Source: Leucoraja ocellata (taxonomy: Eukaryota). Taken from it: DNA of 64,000 bases. Shown one piece after another: positions 24,966-38,185 of this stretch. The stretch spans positions 2,418,001 through 2,482,000 of the forward strand of contig JAWMAR010000253.1 of assembly GCA_036785375.1 (NCBI GenBank). Direction: 5' to 3'. The notes beneath the pieces were generated by a model that saw nothing but the letters and a program-made list of their open reading frames with translations, did no database searches and was not told where the DNA came from. How positions within the stretch are numbered: the stretch's first letter is position 1; the number at the start of each line of letters is the position of its first letter. Position numbers and translations under genes: made by a program.

Positions 24966-26216
24966 CAGATGTGTGGTGGAGTTGCCGTGATCATACTGAA
25001 CGGGAGGGGACTGGACAGGTGAGGCAATCTACTGCTATTTACTTGCTTTCTTTAGTGGAGGGTGGTTTGATGCGTCTGTACAACCAAGAACACTATAATC
25101 TCATTGTGAAGCAATATATGAACTTCACTGAGGGACTTGACAATGTTTTGCATGCAAGGCTGGTCCAGAAAGCGAAGGCAGGTGGGATCAAAGACAAGTT
25201 GGTAAAATGGACCCACAATTGGTTTAGTGGTTGGAAGTAGAAGGTGGAGGTTGAAGGATGATTTTTCTGCCTGGAGGGTCTGTGACGGCTGGTGTGCAGC
25301 AGAGATCGGTGCAGCAACCATTGCTGTTTATTTTATGTTTTCATGGCTTGGATGTGAATGTAGGAGGTGTGACTACTAAGATTGTGGAGAATGGGTAATG
25401 TTGTGGATAGCAAGGTAGTCTGTCAAAGTCTGCAGCAGGATATAGGCTAGATCATCGAAACCTTATTGTCATGCAGGGATATCAATACTGGAGGACGCAC
25501 AGAAAGTTAATACCTGGAATATTTTGCCAGAGGATGTGATGGAATCAGATGTAACCAGTAACATCTTAGAGACATTGCGATTTAGCAAATGAGGTGTAGA
25601 ATAATACGGCTCTAATGTGGGCAAATAGGATTTGTGTGGCTAGGAAAAAAGGTGGACATGGACGTGATGGGCTGAAGGGCCTCATTCTGTAATGTGCAAC
25701 CATAGCTCTCTGGCTCCAAGAGCATTAAATGATCGATTATGCACAGCCACCGGTGCAGTGAATTCTAAAGGTTGCCTAGTCTCAGCGTGCAGTAATGTCT
25801 CCTTGTCTCTGTCCTAAATGGTGCAGCTCACATTCTGAGAGGGTTTCTGCTGGCTCCAGGCCCCTTCAGACAGGGGAAACATCCTCCCTGCATCCAGCCC
25901 ACTGGGCCCTCTAAGTACTATGTTGGTTTCACTGAGATCTCCTCTAATACACCTGAACTCTCAAGTACGCAGGCCTAGTCTACGCAATTTCACCCAGCAC
26001 AGCAAACATATTCTCCAGGATTTGTTCAAGTGCAAACAAACTTCACTCTCTGTTTCTGTGATACTTCCCCAGAGTCCATTAATACCATTAATCTTCACAT
26101 ATAAGTATTGCATAACGATGTTTTAAAAAAGAACAATGGAAAAGGTATTCGTTTTACCTTGTTTGATATCAGATGCTTCGCTCAATTCTATTTTGTAGTG
26201 TAAGTTGCAATCTTAC

Positions 26217-26273
26217 TTTTCAATGAGAAAAGCCCCATATACCACCAACATTGGTTTGGTTGCATCACGAACC
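26217..26273 (-). CDS. Unknown gene X, 57-nt exon (VRDATKPMLVVYGAFLIEK)
   Basis: ctatttgcag|GG ... AAA|gtaaga; phase 2 to 2; 99-nt upstream intron. Confidence 0.62.
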
Positions 26274-26372
26274 CTGCAAATAGTTAACAGCTGGTTAGAA
26301 ATTGGGCATTAGATGTTTTTTTTGAGCTGTACTATAAAAACATACATTGTTTCAGTCAAAAGCATGTCCTAC

Positions 26373-26395
26373 CTCCTCTTGCGACCAGCTTCCTC
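26373..26395 (-). CDS. Unknown gene X, 23-nt micro-exon (EEAGRKRR)
   Basis: tatttatttcag|GAG ... GAG|gtagga; phase 0 to 2. Confidence 0.62.
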
Positions 26396-26619
26396 CTGAA
26401 ATAAATACAACACAAATCTCAATAGACTGAGATGGATCGTCATGATCCCGACGGCGGGTATTTCACAAAATTGCTGCCAAAAATACCCTCTGCTAATTCC
26501 CATTTCCCAACTCTTTGTCACTGTCACACAGACAGAACTTGGATATTGTCGTAGAGACATTGAACACGGGGGAAAGCAGTAGGAATGTCGTTGAAAATAA
26601 CTGCGAGTATGCAACTTAC

Positions 26620-26738
26620 GAGTAAGTCTGGAGAAGATGTCAGAGATAATGGGATGGAACATTTGAAGGTCAGCGGCGGATATAATGGATGGGGATTGGA
26701 AATATTATCACTACTTGTGGGGAGGAGAAAAATAAAAC
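26620..26738 (-). CDS. Unknown gene X, 119-nt exon (GFIFLLPTSSDNISNPHPLYPPLTFKCSIPLSLTSSPDLL)
   Basis: atatttcag|GT ... CTC|gtaagt; phase 1 to 0, open. Confidence 0.6.
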
Positions 26739-26819
26739 CTGAAATATATGATGGACTTTAACAAATTCCACAAGAAATGCAGTAAACAGAAACTGCAACT
26801 CATAGGGCGGCCTGGTTAT

Positions 26820-29800
26820 TAGAAACATAGAAACATAGAAATTAGGTGCAGGAGTAGGCCATTCGGCCCTTCGAGCCTGCACCGCCATTCAATATGATCA
26901 TGGCTGATCATCCAACTCAGTATCCCGTACCTGCCTTCTCTCCATACCCCCTGATCCCCTTAGCCACAAGGGCCACATCTAACTCCCTCTTAAATATAGC
27001 CAATGAACTGGCCTCAACTACCCTCTGTGGCAGAGAGTTCCAGAGATTCACCACTCTCTGCGTGAAAAAAGTTCTTCTCATCTCGGTTTTAAAGGATTTC
27101 CCCTTTCTCCTTAAGCTGTGACCCCTTGTCCTGGACTTCCCTAACATCGGGAACAATCTTCCTGCATCTAGCCTGTCCAACCCCTTAAGAATTTTGTAAG
27201 TTTCTATAAGATCCCCTCTCAATCTTCTAAATTCTAGAGAGTATAAACCAAGTCTATCCAGTCTTTCTTCATAAGACAGTCCTGACATCCCAGGAATCAG
27301 TCTGGTGAACCGTCTCTGCACTCCCTCTATGGCAATAATGTCCTTCCTCAGATTTGGAGACCAAAACTGTACGCAATACTCCAGGTGTGGTCTCACCAAG
27401 ACCCTGTACAACTGCAGTAGAACCTCTCTGCTCCTATACTCAAATCCTTTTGCAATGAAAGCTAACATACCATTCACTTTCTTTACTGCCTGCTGCACCT
27501 GCATGCCTACCTTCAATGACTGGTGTACCATGACACCCAGGTCTCGCTGCATCTCCCCCTTTCCCAATCGGCCACCATTTAGATAATAGTCTGCTTTCCT
27601 GTTTTTGCCACCAAAATGGATAACCTCACATTTATCCACATTATACTGCATCTGCCAAACATTTGCCCACTCACCCAGCCTATCCAAGTCACCCTGCAGT
27701 CTCCTAGCATCTTCCTCACAGCTAACACTGCCCCCCAGCTTAGTGTCATCCGCAAACTTGGAGATATTGCCTTCAATTCCCTCATCCAGATCATTAATAT
27801 ATATTGTAAATAGCTGGGGTCCCAGTACTGAGCCTTGGGGTACCCCACTAGTCACTGCCTGCCATTGTGAAAAGGACCCGTTTACTCCTACTCTTTGCTT
27901 CCTGTTTGCCAGCCAGTTCTCTATCCACATCAATACTGAACCCCCAATGCCTTGTGCTTTAAGTTTGTATACTAATCTCTTATGTGGGACCTTGTCGAAA
28001 GCCTTCTGGAAGTCCAGATACACCACATCCACTGGTTCTCCCCTATCCACGCTACTAGTTACTTCCTCGAAACATTCTATAAGATTCATCAGACATGATT
28101 TACCTTTCGTAAATCCATGCTGACTTTGGCCAATGATTTCACCACTTTCCAAATGTGCTGCTATCCCATCTTTAATAACTGACTCTAGCAGTTTCCCCAC
28201 TACCGATGTTAGACTAACTGGTCTGTAATTCCCCATTTTCTCTCTCCCTCCCTTCTTAAAAAGTGGGGTTACGTTTGCTACCCGCCAATCTTCAGGAACT
28301 ACTCCAGAATCTAAAGAGTTTTGAAAGATTATTACTAATGCATCCACTATTTCTGGAGCTACTTCCTTAAGTACTCTGGGATGCAGCCTATCTGGCCCTG
28401 GGGATTTATCGGCCTTTAATCCATTCAATTTACCCAACACCACTTTCCGGCTAACCTGGATTTCACTCAATTCCTCCAACTCCTTTGACCCGCGGTCCCC
28501 TGCTATTTCCGGCAAATTATTTATGTCTTCCTTAGTGAAGACGGAACCAAAGTAGTTATTCAATTGGTCCGTCATATCCTTGTTCCCCATGATCAACTCA
28601 CCTGTTTCTGACTGCAAGGGACCTACATTTGTTTTAACTAATCTCTTTCTTTTCACATATCTATAAAAACCTTTGCAGTCAGTTTTTATGTTCCTTGCCA
28701 GTTTACTTTCATAATCTATTTTTCCTTTCCTAATTAAGCCCTTTGTCCTCCTCTGCTGGTCTTTGAATTTCTCCCAGTCCTCCGGTATGCTGCTTTTTCT
28801 GGCTAATTTGTACGCATCATCCTTCGCTTTGATACTATCCCTGATTTCCCTTGTTATCCATGGATGTACTACCTTCCCTGATTTATTCTTTTGCCAACCT
28901 GGGATGAACAATTTTTGTAGTTCATCCATGCAGTCTTTAAATGTCTTCCATTGCATATCCACCGTCAACCCTTTTAGAATTAATTGCCAGTCAATCTTGG
29001 CCAATTCACGTCTCATACCCTCAAAGTTACCTTTCTTTAAGTTCAGAACCATTGTTTCTGAATTAACAATGTCACTCTCCATCCTAATGAAGAACTCAAC
29101 CATATTAAATAAATAAATTGACTCTTGATTATGGTCACTCTTGCCCAAGGGGGCACGTACAACAAGATCGCTAACTAACCCTTCCTCATTACTCAATACC
29201 CAGTCTAAAATAGCCTGCTCTCTCGTTGGTTCCTCTACATGTTGATTTAGATAACTATCCCGCATACATTCCAAGAAATCCTCTTCCTCAGCACCCCTGC
29301 CAATTTGATTCACCCAATCTATATGTAGATTGAAGTCACCCATTATAACCGTTTTGCGTTTGTCGCACGCATTTCTAATTTCCTGTTTGATACCATCTCC
29401 AACTTCACAACTACTGTTAGGTGGCCTGTACACAACACCCACCAGCGTTTTCTGCCCCTTAGTGTTTTGCAGCTCTACCCATACCGATTCCACATCCTCC
29501 AAACTAATGTCCTTCCTTTCCATTGCATTAATCCCCTCTTAATCAGTAACGCTACCCCACCTCCTTTTCTTTTCTGTCTATCCCTCCTGAATATTGAATA
29601 TCCCTGGATGTTCAGCTCCCAGCCTTGGTCACCCTGGAGCCATGTCTCCGTGATCCCAACTATATCATAGTCATTAATAGCTATCTGCACATTCAACTCA
29701 TCCACCTTATTACGAATGCTCCTTGCATTGAGACACAAAGCCCTTCAGGCTTGTTTTTACAACACCTCTTACCCCTTATACAATTATGTGAAAAGTGGCC

Positions 29801-29940
29801 CTTTTTGATTTTTGCCCTGGTTTGTCTGCCTGCCACTTTTACTTTTCACCAAGCTACCTATTTCTTCTACCCTCAATGTACACCCTTCGGTCTCTACGCT
29901 TCACGCATTTAAGAAACCCTTTCCCTTTAACTCCATCCTC
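26820..29940 (-). mobile_element. Near-complete CR1 LINE ORF2 (APE endonuclease + RT), one frameshift near 29530
   Basis: CLNARSIRNK...GITETWL, GDFN, SDHN endonuclease motifs; [17 protein letters not shown]; (TTTCTATG)n tail; 868-aa ORF. Confidence 0.96.
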
Positions 29941-30194
29941 CACTGTCCCATTCAACAACCTGTCCCATTCGACTCTTGCTGCCATTATTGCAGATCAATT
30001 TAAGTTGGTGGAATAAATACAAGAGGATTCCTGGGATTTGGGGCATTATTGTCACATGTGGCGAGTAGATGGAACAGACGGAACATTGACCCAGTACTGA
30101 AATACTGGTAAATGCAGCATTTATTTCAGAAATTTAAACCCACCATTTTGTGACTGTACTCTTTCACTTCACCAAACTGTAGTGCAACCCTCAC

Positions 30195-30233
30195 CTTCAA
30201 GAATATCAGGCCGTTCTTGTGGTTTGTCTGCTC
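30195..30233 (-). CDS. Unknown gene X, exon running into the assembly gap (ADKPQERPDILE-G)
   Basis: Strong donor GAAG|gtgagg, phase 1, compatible with the next exon. Confidence 0.5.
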
Positions 30234-30433
30234 NNNNNNNNNNNNNNNNNNNNNNNNNNNNNNNNNNNNNNNNNNNNNNNNNNNNNNNNNNNNNNNNNNN
30301 NNNNNNNNNNNNNNNNNNNNNNNNNNNNNNNNNNNNNNNNNNNNNNNNNNNNNNNNNNNNNNNNNNNNNNNNNNNNNNNNNNNNNNNNNNNNNNNNNNNN
30401 NNNNNNNNNNNNNNNNNNNNNNNNNNNNNNNNN
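30234..30433. other. Assembly gap (200 N)
   Basis: Run of Ns; the round length suggests a placeholder of unknown true size. Confidence 0.99.
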
Positions 30434-30909
30434 CCAGAAACCCCGAGTTTATATACGTAGAGATCTAAAACCAATTGCATGATGTAATGTACAAAACCTA
30501 TCATCCACCTCCCAATATGGAGTTGTTTTTCACTCTTTGCCAAAAGCCAGTCATCCCAATGGCCTCCTCTGGGCCCCTTCTTATCTAATTAACCTCTTCA
30601 ACTTACATTAAAAAAAACTTGTAAGAGAGCAGTCAACTATTCAAATTAAGTTAAACAAACCCTTGTCACGATGGCAGTTGTCCAAATCTCATCATGCATT
30701 ACAATTGGCCTTTTACAACAAGAAAGCTTAAATATGACAACAAACAATTAATAACTAATGCCCCTGTCCCACTTAGGAAACCTGAACGGAAACCTCTGGA
30801 GACTTTGCGCCCCACCCAAGGTTTCCGTGCGGTTCCTGGAGATTGCAGGTGGTTGCCGGAGGTTGTAGGTAGTGGAAGCAGGTAGGGAGACTGACAAAAC
30901 CCTCCGAGT

Positions 30910-32690
30910 TTAGAAGGATGAGGGGGGTATCTTATAGAAACATATAAAATTATAAAAGGACTGGACAAGCTAGATGCAGGAAAAATGTTCCCAATGTTGG
31001 GCGAGTCCAGAACCAGGGGCCACAGTCTTAGAATAAAGGGGAGGTCATTCGAGACTGAGGTGAGAAAAAACTTTTTCACCCAGAGAGTTGTGAATTTATG
31101 GAATTCCCTGCCACAGAGGGCAGTGGAGGCCAAGTCACTGGATGAGTTTAAGAGAGAGTTAGATAGAGCTCTGGGGGCTAGTGGAGTCAAGGGATATGGG
31201 GAGAAGGCAGGCACGAGTTATTGATTGGGAACGATCAGCCATGATAGAATGGCGGTGCTGGCTCGAAGGGCCGAATGCACCTATGTTCTATGTGTCTATG
31301 TTTCTATGTCTCTGGCGCTGTAACGTATCAATTCAACTGTCACCCAAATCCTGCGCAAAACACAAAATGTTGGAAGAACTCAGCAAGTCAGACAACATCT
31401 GCAGAGGAATGGCCAAGAGATACTTCTGTCCTGACCCAAAACGTCACCTGTCCTCTTCCTTCGCAGATGCTGCCTGACCCGCTGAGTTCTTTCAGCACTT
31501 TATGTTTGGACATGAACTTGCATTGAGACTGAATCAAACTATTGTGGCTCAAGGAGTGCAGAAGATTTAGGGTTGCAATCAAGAACCGAGATAGGTTTAC
31601 TTCTGAGAGGTGCCTTATTGAAAATTGTTGTGGACACTGCTGGGGATGATGGTAGAGTCAGATGCATTAAAGAAGCCACAAGTTGCCCGTGGGATATGCA
31701 TCACGTGAAACCAGAGATTAGATTGACATGGCATCATGTTCAGCATGGACACATGGACATTGTGTTACTTCATAGCAAAAGGATTGGTGTGTAGGAGCAG
31801 GGAGGGTTCTACTGGCAGTTGTACCACGTGTCTTGGTGAGACCACACCTGAGTGTATTGCGTACAGTTTTGGTCTCCTAATCTGGGGAAATATATTATTG
31901 CCATAGAGGGAGTACAGAGAAGGTTCACCAGATCTGATTCTGGGATGTCAGGATTTTCATATGAAGAAAGACTGGATAGACTCGGCTTGTACTCGCTAGA
32001 TTTAGAAAGATTGAGGGGGGATCTTATAGAAGTCTATAGATGGTGGAGTGGGTCAAGAGCTTCAAAATTCCTGGGTGTGCATATCTCTGAAGATCTTTCC
32101 TGGTCCCAGCACACTAATGCAATTATAAAGAAAGCACATCAGCGCCTCTACTTCCTGAGAAGATTACAGAGTCGGTATGTCAAGAGGACTCTCTCAAACT
32201 TCTACAGGTGCACAGTAGAGAGCATGCTGACCGGTTGCATCGTGGCAACTTGAACGTCCAGGAGCGGAAAAGAATGCAGAAAGTTGTGACCACTGCAGTC
32301 CATCATCGGCTCTGATCTCCTCACCATTGAAAGGGATCTATCGCAGTCCTGCTCAAAAGCTGGCAACATCATCAAAGACCCACACCATCCTGGCCACACA
32401 CTCAATCTCCAGTTGCCATCAGGTAGAAGGTACAGGAGCTTGAAATCTGGCACATCCAGGTTCAGGAACAGCTACGCCCCACAGCCATCAGGCTATTAAA
32501 TACAACATCAAACAAACTCTGTACAAGAACAGCCTATTGCACTTTATCTGTCTATTTACGTGTATATATATATTCTAGGTATATAGACACAATGAACTGT
32601 TCTGTATTATGCCTACAACATTTATGTTGTGCTGCAGCAAGCAAGAATTTAATTGTCCTATCTGGGACACATGAGAATAAACTCTCTTGA
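30910..32690 (+). mobile_element. Cluster of CR1 3' fragments (30910-31310, 31770-32035) and a Rex1/Babar 3' fragment (32040-32690)
   Basis: CR1 C-terminal motifs; KFLGVHISEDLSWS...KKAHQRLYFLRRL. Confidence 0.85.
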
Positions 32691-33226
32691 CATGACGTGA
32701 TTTTGTGCCTATATCTGTGCTACTGTCTAATTAGATTGAAGCCAATTAAGTATCTTAACTCAACTAGTTCTAACAGAGCTAGATTAATTCAACGAGTTGC
32801 AGTATCTGTAAAAGGCAGAGGAGCAGAACTCCTTATCACTTTTTGCATGTCTTTGACAGGGCTACACTCGGGGAGCTGCAAAGTGGATCAACCTAAAATC
32901 CATTTATAATCCACAGTGGCACGATGGGCCGAAGGGCCTCCTTTTGTGTTGTTAGCTTCTGAGTTTTGAATTATTGATAGATGGAAAACTGATGAGAACA
33001 ATTGTGCTTGTGCTTTGCTTGTTCATTTTTAATTGAAGCAGCTATATGAGAGACATTTCAAAGTGTCTGAACCACATTCCCGTTTGTCTCTCGTGTGTAG
33101 TGGTGTTGAAACCTGAGAAATTGGTCGGAAGAAACTGCAGATGCTGGCTTAATCCGAAGATAGACACAAAATGCTGGAGTATCTCAGCAGGACAGGCAGT
33201 ATCTCCGGAGAGAAGGAATTGCTGAG

Positions 33227-33645
33227 GTACTCGCTAGAATTTAGAAGATTGAGGGGGGATCTTATAGAAGCTTACAAATTCTTACGGGATTGGACAGGCT
33301 AGATGCAGGAAGATTGTTCCCGATGTTGGGGAAGTCCAGAACAAAGGGGTCACAGTTTAAGGATAAGGGGGAAGTCTTTTAGGACCGAGATGAGAAAAAC
33401 ATTTTCACACAGAGAGTGGTGAATCTGTGGAATTCTCTGCCACAGAATGTAGTTGAGGCCACAGTTCATTGGCTATATTTAAGAGGGAGTTAGATGTGGC
33501 CCTTGTGGCTAAAGGGATCAGGGGGTATGGGGAGAAGCAGGTACAGGATACTGAGTTGGATGATCAGCCATGATCATATTGAATGGAGGTGCAGGCTCGA
33601 AGGGCCGAATGACCTACTCCTGCACCTATTGTCTATGTTTCTATG
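33227..33645 (+). mobile_element. CR1 3' fragment inside a Penelope-type repeat
   Basis: Same 3' sequence and tail as 1240-1657. Confidence 0.88.
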
Positions 33646-35545
33646 AATGGGTGACGTGTCGGCTCGAGACCCTTCTTCAGATTGATGGTCTCGCCCCGAA
33701 ACATCGCCACCATTTTATGTCAATATTCGGTTTAAACCAGCGTCTGCAGTTCCTTCCTCCCACTTTCACAGGAGACTGGTTTTAATTAAAAGGTAATCAC
33801 ATCAAAGCCTTCCTGTTTGGCAGCAGATCAAGCACAGTTTGAAGTAAAACAGGCTCTAGGAGATTAGAAATTGACGTGCTCTGGGCTGAACACACCCAGG
33901 CAGCTGTCTGTCTCGTTCCTTCTGCATTCATGACCAGTGGTTTAATGCTGAAGTGGCAGCACCACAGCTACAGCTGCTGCTTCAAAGCTCCAAATACCCA
34001 GGTTCACATGCTGATCACAGCGATTCTGTGGTGAAGTTTTACAGAGAACTAGTCTAAGTGCAGACCCTTTGGTCCCCCAACGCAGCCGTTCCCTACCCGT
34101 AGCCCCCACGGGAGACTGGTCCTCCAACTCAAGCCGTTCCCGAACATAATAGAGGTCTTTAAAATGATGAGAGGGATAGACAGAGTTGATGTGGACAAGC
34201 TTTTTCCCTTTGAGAGTAGGGAAGATTCAAACAAGAGGACATGACTTCAGAATTAAGGAACAGAAGTATAGGGTAACATGAGGGGGAACTTCTTTAAGCG
34301 GCTATCGTGCAGATAGCCATTAATGATTATCGTGCAGATAGCCATTAATGATTATGATATAGTTGGGATCATGGAGACATGGCTCCAGGGTGACCAAGGC
34401 TGGGAACTGAACATCCAGGATATTCAATATTCAGGAGGGATGAGAGAAAGGAAAAGGAGGTGGGGTAGCGTTGCTGATTAGAAAGGAGATTAACGCAATG
34501 GAAAGGAAGGACATTAGTTTGGAGGATGTGGAATTGGTATGGGTAGAGCTGCGAAACACTAAGGGGCAGAAAACGCTGGTGGGTGTTGTGTACAGGCCGC
34601 CTAACAGTAGTAGTGAAGTTGGAGATGGTATCAAACAGGAAATTAGAAATGCGTGCGACAAAGGCAAAGCAGTTATAATGGGTGACTTCGATCTGTTCGG
34701 CATGGACATGTAGGGCCGAGATGGCCTGTTTCCGTGCTGTAATTGTTATATGGTTATATGTGATGCCTTTATGTAATACATGTAATATATATATAGTGTA
34801 AATACCAGTGCCTGTAAAGTGTAAAAAGTAAAGAGGGAGATGTGATGTCTTTGTAATGTAATATATGTAACATAAACTTGTGCCTGAGCCTCGTGACTGA
34901 GGTCAATTGACCTTCAAGATAAAGGCAGTGATTGCAGAATATACGAGCTCGGTGTGGACGTGTCCTCTTGTGCTAGTCACAACAGCCTTGCCTCTGACAG
35001 AAAACCTTTACACCTACGCTGCACTCCTCAATAGCAAGAATGTCCTTCCTCAAATTAGGGGACCAAAACTGCACACAAGACTCCAGGTGTTGTCCACTAG
35101 GACCCTATACAACTGCAGAAGGACCTCTTTGCTCCTATACTCAACTGCTCTTGTTATGAAAAGCCAGCCAACATGCCATTCGCTTTCTTCACTGCCTGCT
35201 GTACCTGCATGCTTACTTTCATTGACTGATGAACAAGGACCCCCGATCCCCCTTTTCCCACTTGACACCATTTAGATAATAATCTGCCTTCCTGTTTTTG
35301 CTACCAAAGTGGATAGCCTCACATTTATCCACATTGAATTGCATCTGCCTGCACTCACCCAACCTGTCCAAGTCACTCACCCAACCTGTCTCTGCCCAAG
35401 ATTGAACCCGGGCCTCTGGCAGCAACTGCGCCACTGTGCTGCCCAAATGTATCTATAATTTCCAAGAAGAAACTTGATATTAATTCAAACCGTAAGGAAC
35501 GTGAAATCCGATCCTTCTGTGACTTAGGCAGCTCCGAGCAAGCAT

Positions 35546-36185
35546 AGAAACATAGAAATTAGGTGCAGGAGTAGGCCATTCGGCCCTTCGAGCCTGCACC
35601 CGTCATTCAATATGATCATGGCTGATCATCCAACTCAGTATCCCGTACCTGCCTTCTCTCCATACCCCCTGATCCCCTTAGCCACAAGGGCCACATCTAA
35701 CTCCCTCTTAAATATAGCCAATGAACTGGCCTCAACTACCCTCTGTGGCAGAGAGTTCCAGAGATTCACCACTCTCTGTGTGAAAAAGTTCTTCTCATCT
35801 CGGTTTTAAAGGATTTCCCCCTTATCCTTAAGCTGTGACCCCTTGTCCTGGACTTCCCTAACATCGGGAACAATCTTCCTGCATCTAGCCTGTCCAACCC
35901 CTTAAGAATTTTATAAGTTTCTATAAGATCCCCTCTCAATCTCCTAAATTCTAGAGATATGAACCAAGTCTATCCAGTCTTTCTTCATAAGACAGCCCTG
36001 ACATCCCAGGAATCAGTCTGGTGAACCGTCTCTCTGCACTCCCTCTATGGCAATAATGTCCTTCCTCAGATTTGGGAGACCAAAACTGTACGCAATACTC
36101 CAGGTGTGGTCTCACCAAGACCCTGTACAACTGCAGTAGAACCTCCCTGCTCTATACTCAAATCCTTTTGCAATGAAAGCTAACA
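35546..36185 (-). mobile_element. CR1 3' fragment fused back-to-back with the + strand CR1
   Basis: Tail and C-terminal ORF2 sequence on the minus strand, abrupt junction at 36185. Confidence 0.9.
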
Positions 36186-38185
36186 GGGATAGTATCAAAG
36201 CGAAGGATGATGAGTACAATTAGCCAGAAAAAGCAGCATACCGGAGGACTGGGAGAATTCAAAGACAAGCAGAGGAGGACAAAGGGCTTAATTAGGAAAG
36301 GGAAAATAGATTACGAAGAAAACTGGCAGGGAACATAAAAACTGACTGCAAAAGTTTTTATAGATATGTGAAAAGAAAGAGATTAGTTAAACAAATGTAG
36401 GTCCACTTGCAGTCAGAACAGGTGAGTTGATCATGGGGAACAAGGATATTGGCGGACCAATTGAATAACTACTTTGGTTCCGTCTTCACTAAGGAAGACA
36501 TAAATAATTTGCCGGAAATAGCAGGGGACCGCGGGTCAAAGGAGTTGGAGGAATTGAGTGAAATCCAGGTTAGCCGTGAAGGGTGTTGGGTAAATTGAAT
36601 GGATTAAAGGCCGATAAATCCCCAGGGCCAGATAGGCTGCATCCCAGAGTACGTAAGGAAGTAGCTCCAGAAATAGTGGATGCATTAGTAATAATCTTTC
36701 AAAACTCTTTAGATTCTGGACTAGTTCCTGAAGATTGGTGGTAGCAAACGTAACCCCACACTTTTTAAGAAGGGAGGGAGAGAGAAAACGGGGAATTACA
36801 GACCAGTTAGTCTAAAATCGGTAGTGGGGAAACTGCTAGAGGCAGTTATTAAAGATGGGATAGCAGCACATTTGGAAAGTGGTGAAATCATTGGACAGAG
36901 GCAGCATGGATTTACGAAAGGTAAATCATGTCTGACGAATCTTATAGAATTTTTCGAGGATGTAACTAGTAGCGTGGATAGGGGATAAGCAGTGGATGTG
37001 GTGTATCTGGACTTCCAGACGACAAGTTCCCACATAAGAAATTAGTATACAAACTTAAAGTACACGGCATTGGGGGTTCAGTATTGATGTGGATAGAGAA
37101 CTGGCTGGCAAACAGGAAGCAAAGAGTAGGAGTTAACGGGTCCTTTTCACAATGGCAGGCAGTGACTAGTGGGGTACCGCAAGGCTCAGTGCTGGGACCC
37201 CAGCTATTTACAATATATATTAATGATCTGGATGAGGGAATTGAAGGCAATATCTCCAAGTTTGCGGATAACACTAAGCTGGGGGGCAGTGTTAGCTGTG
37301 AGGAGGATGCTAGGAGACTGCAAGGTGACTTGGATAGGCTGGGTGAGTGGGCAAATGTTTGGCAGATGCAGTATAATGTGGATAAATGTGAGGTTATCCA
37401 TTTTGGTGGCAAAAACAGGAAGGCAGACTATTATCTAAATGGTGGCCGACTAGGAAAAGGGGAGATGCAGCGAGACCTGGGTGTCATGGTACACCAGTCA
37501 TTGAAAGTAGGCATGCAGGTGCAGCAGGCAGTGAAGAAAGCGAATGGTATGTTAGCTTTCATAGCAAAAGGATTTGAGTATAGGAGCAGAGAGGTTCTAC
37601 TGCAGTTGTACAGGGTCTTGGTGAGACCGCACCTGGAGTATTGCGTACAGTTTTGGTCTCCAAATCTGAGGAAGGACATTATTGCCATAGAGGGAGTGCA
37701 GAGAAGGTTCACCAGACTGATTCCTGGGATGTCAGGACTGTCTTATGAAGAAAGACTGGATAGACTTGGTTTATACTCTCTAGAATTTAGGAGATTGAGA
37801 AGGGATCTTATAGAAACTTACAAAATTCTTAAGGGGTTGGACAGGCTAGATGCAGGAAGATTGCTCCCGATGTTGGGGAAGTCCAGGACAAGGGGTCACA
37901 GCTTAAGGATAAGGGGGAAATCCTTTAAAACCGAGATGAGAAGAACTTTTTTCACACAGAGAGTGGTGAATCTCTGGAACTCTCTGCCGCAGAGGGTAGT
38001 CGAGGCCAGTTCATTGGCTATATTTAAGAGGGAGTTAGATGTGGCCCTTGTGGCTAAGGGGATCAGAGGGTATGGAGAGAAGGCAGGTACGGGATACTGA
38101 GTTGGATGATCATATTGAATGGCGGTGCAGGCTCGAAGGGCCGAATGGCCTACTCCTGCACCTAATTTCTATGTTTCTATGTTTC
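36186..38185 (+). mobile_element. CR1 LINE, mirror copy of the 13134-15143 element
   Basis: 338-aa RT/C-terminal ORF 37084-38100; same 3' flank as the left-arm copy. Confidence 0.95.

Noticed and set aside
26917-29523. Domesticated RT gene
   Set aside because: Nearly identical to other dispersed CR1 copies in the window, with a retrotransposon tail and a frameshift in the endonuclease region.
27305-29670. Plus-strand ORFs overlapping CR1, and equivalents at other CR1 copies
   Set aside because: Antisense shadow frames of ORF2 that recur in every copy.
30169-30543. ORFs spanning the N run
   Set aside because: Artefacts of translating across the gap.
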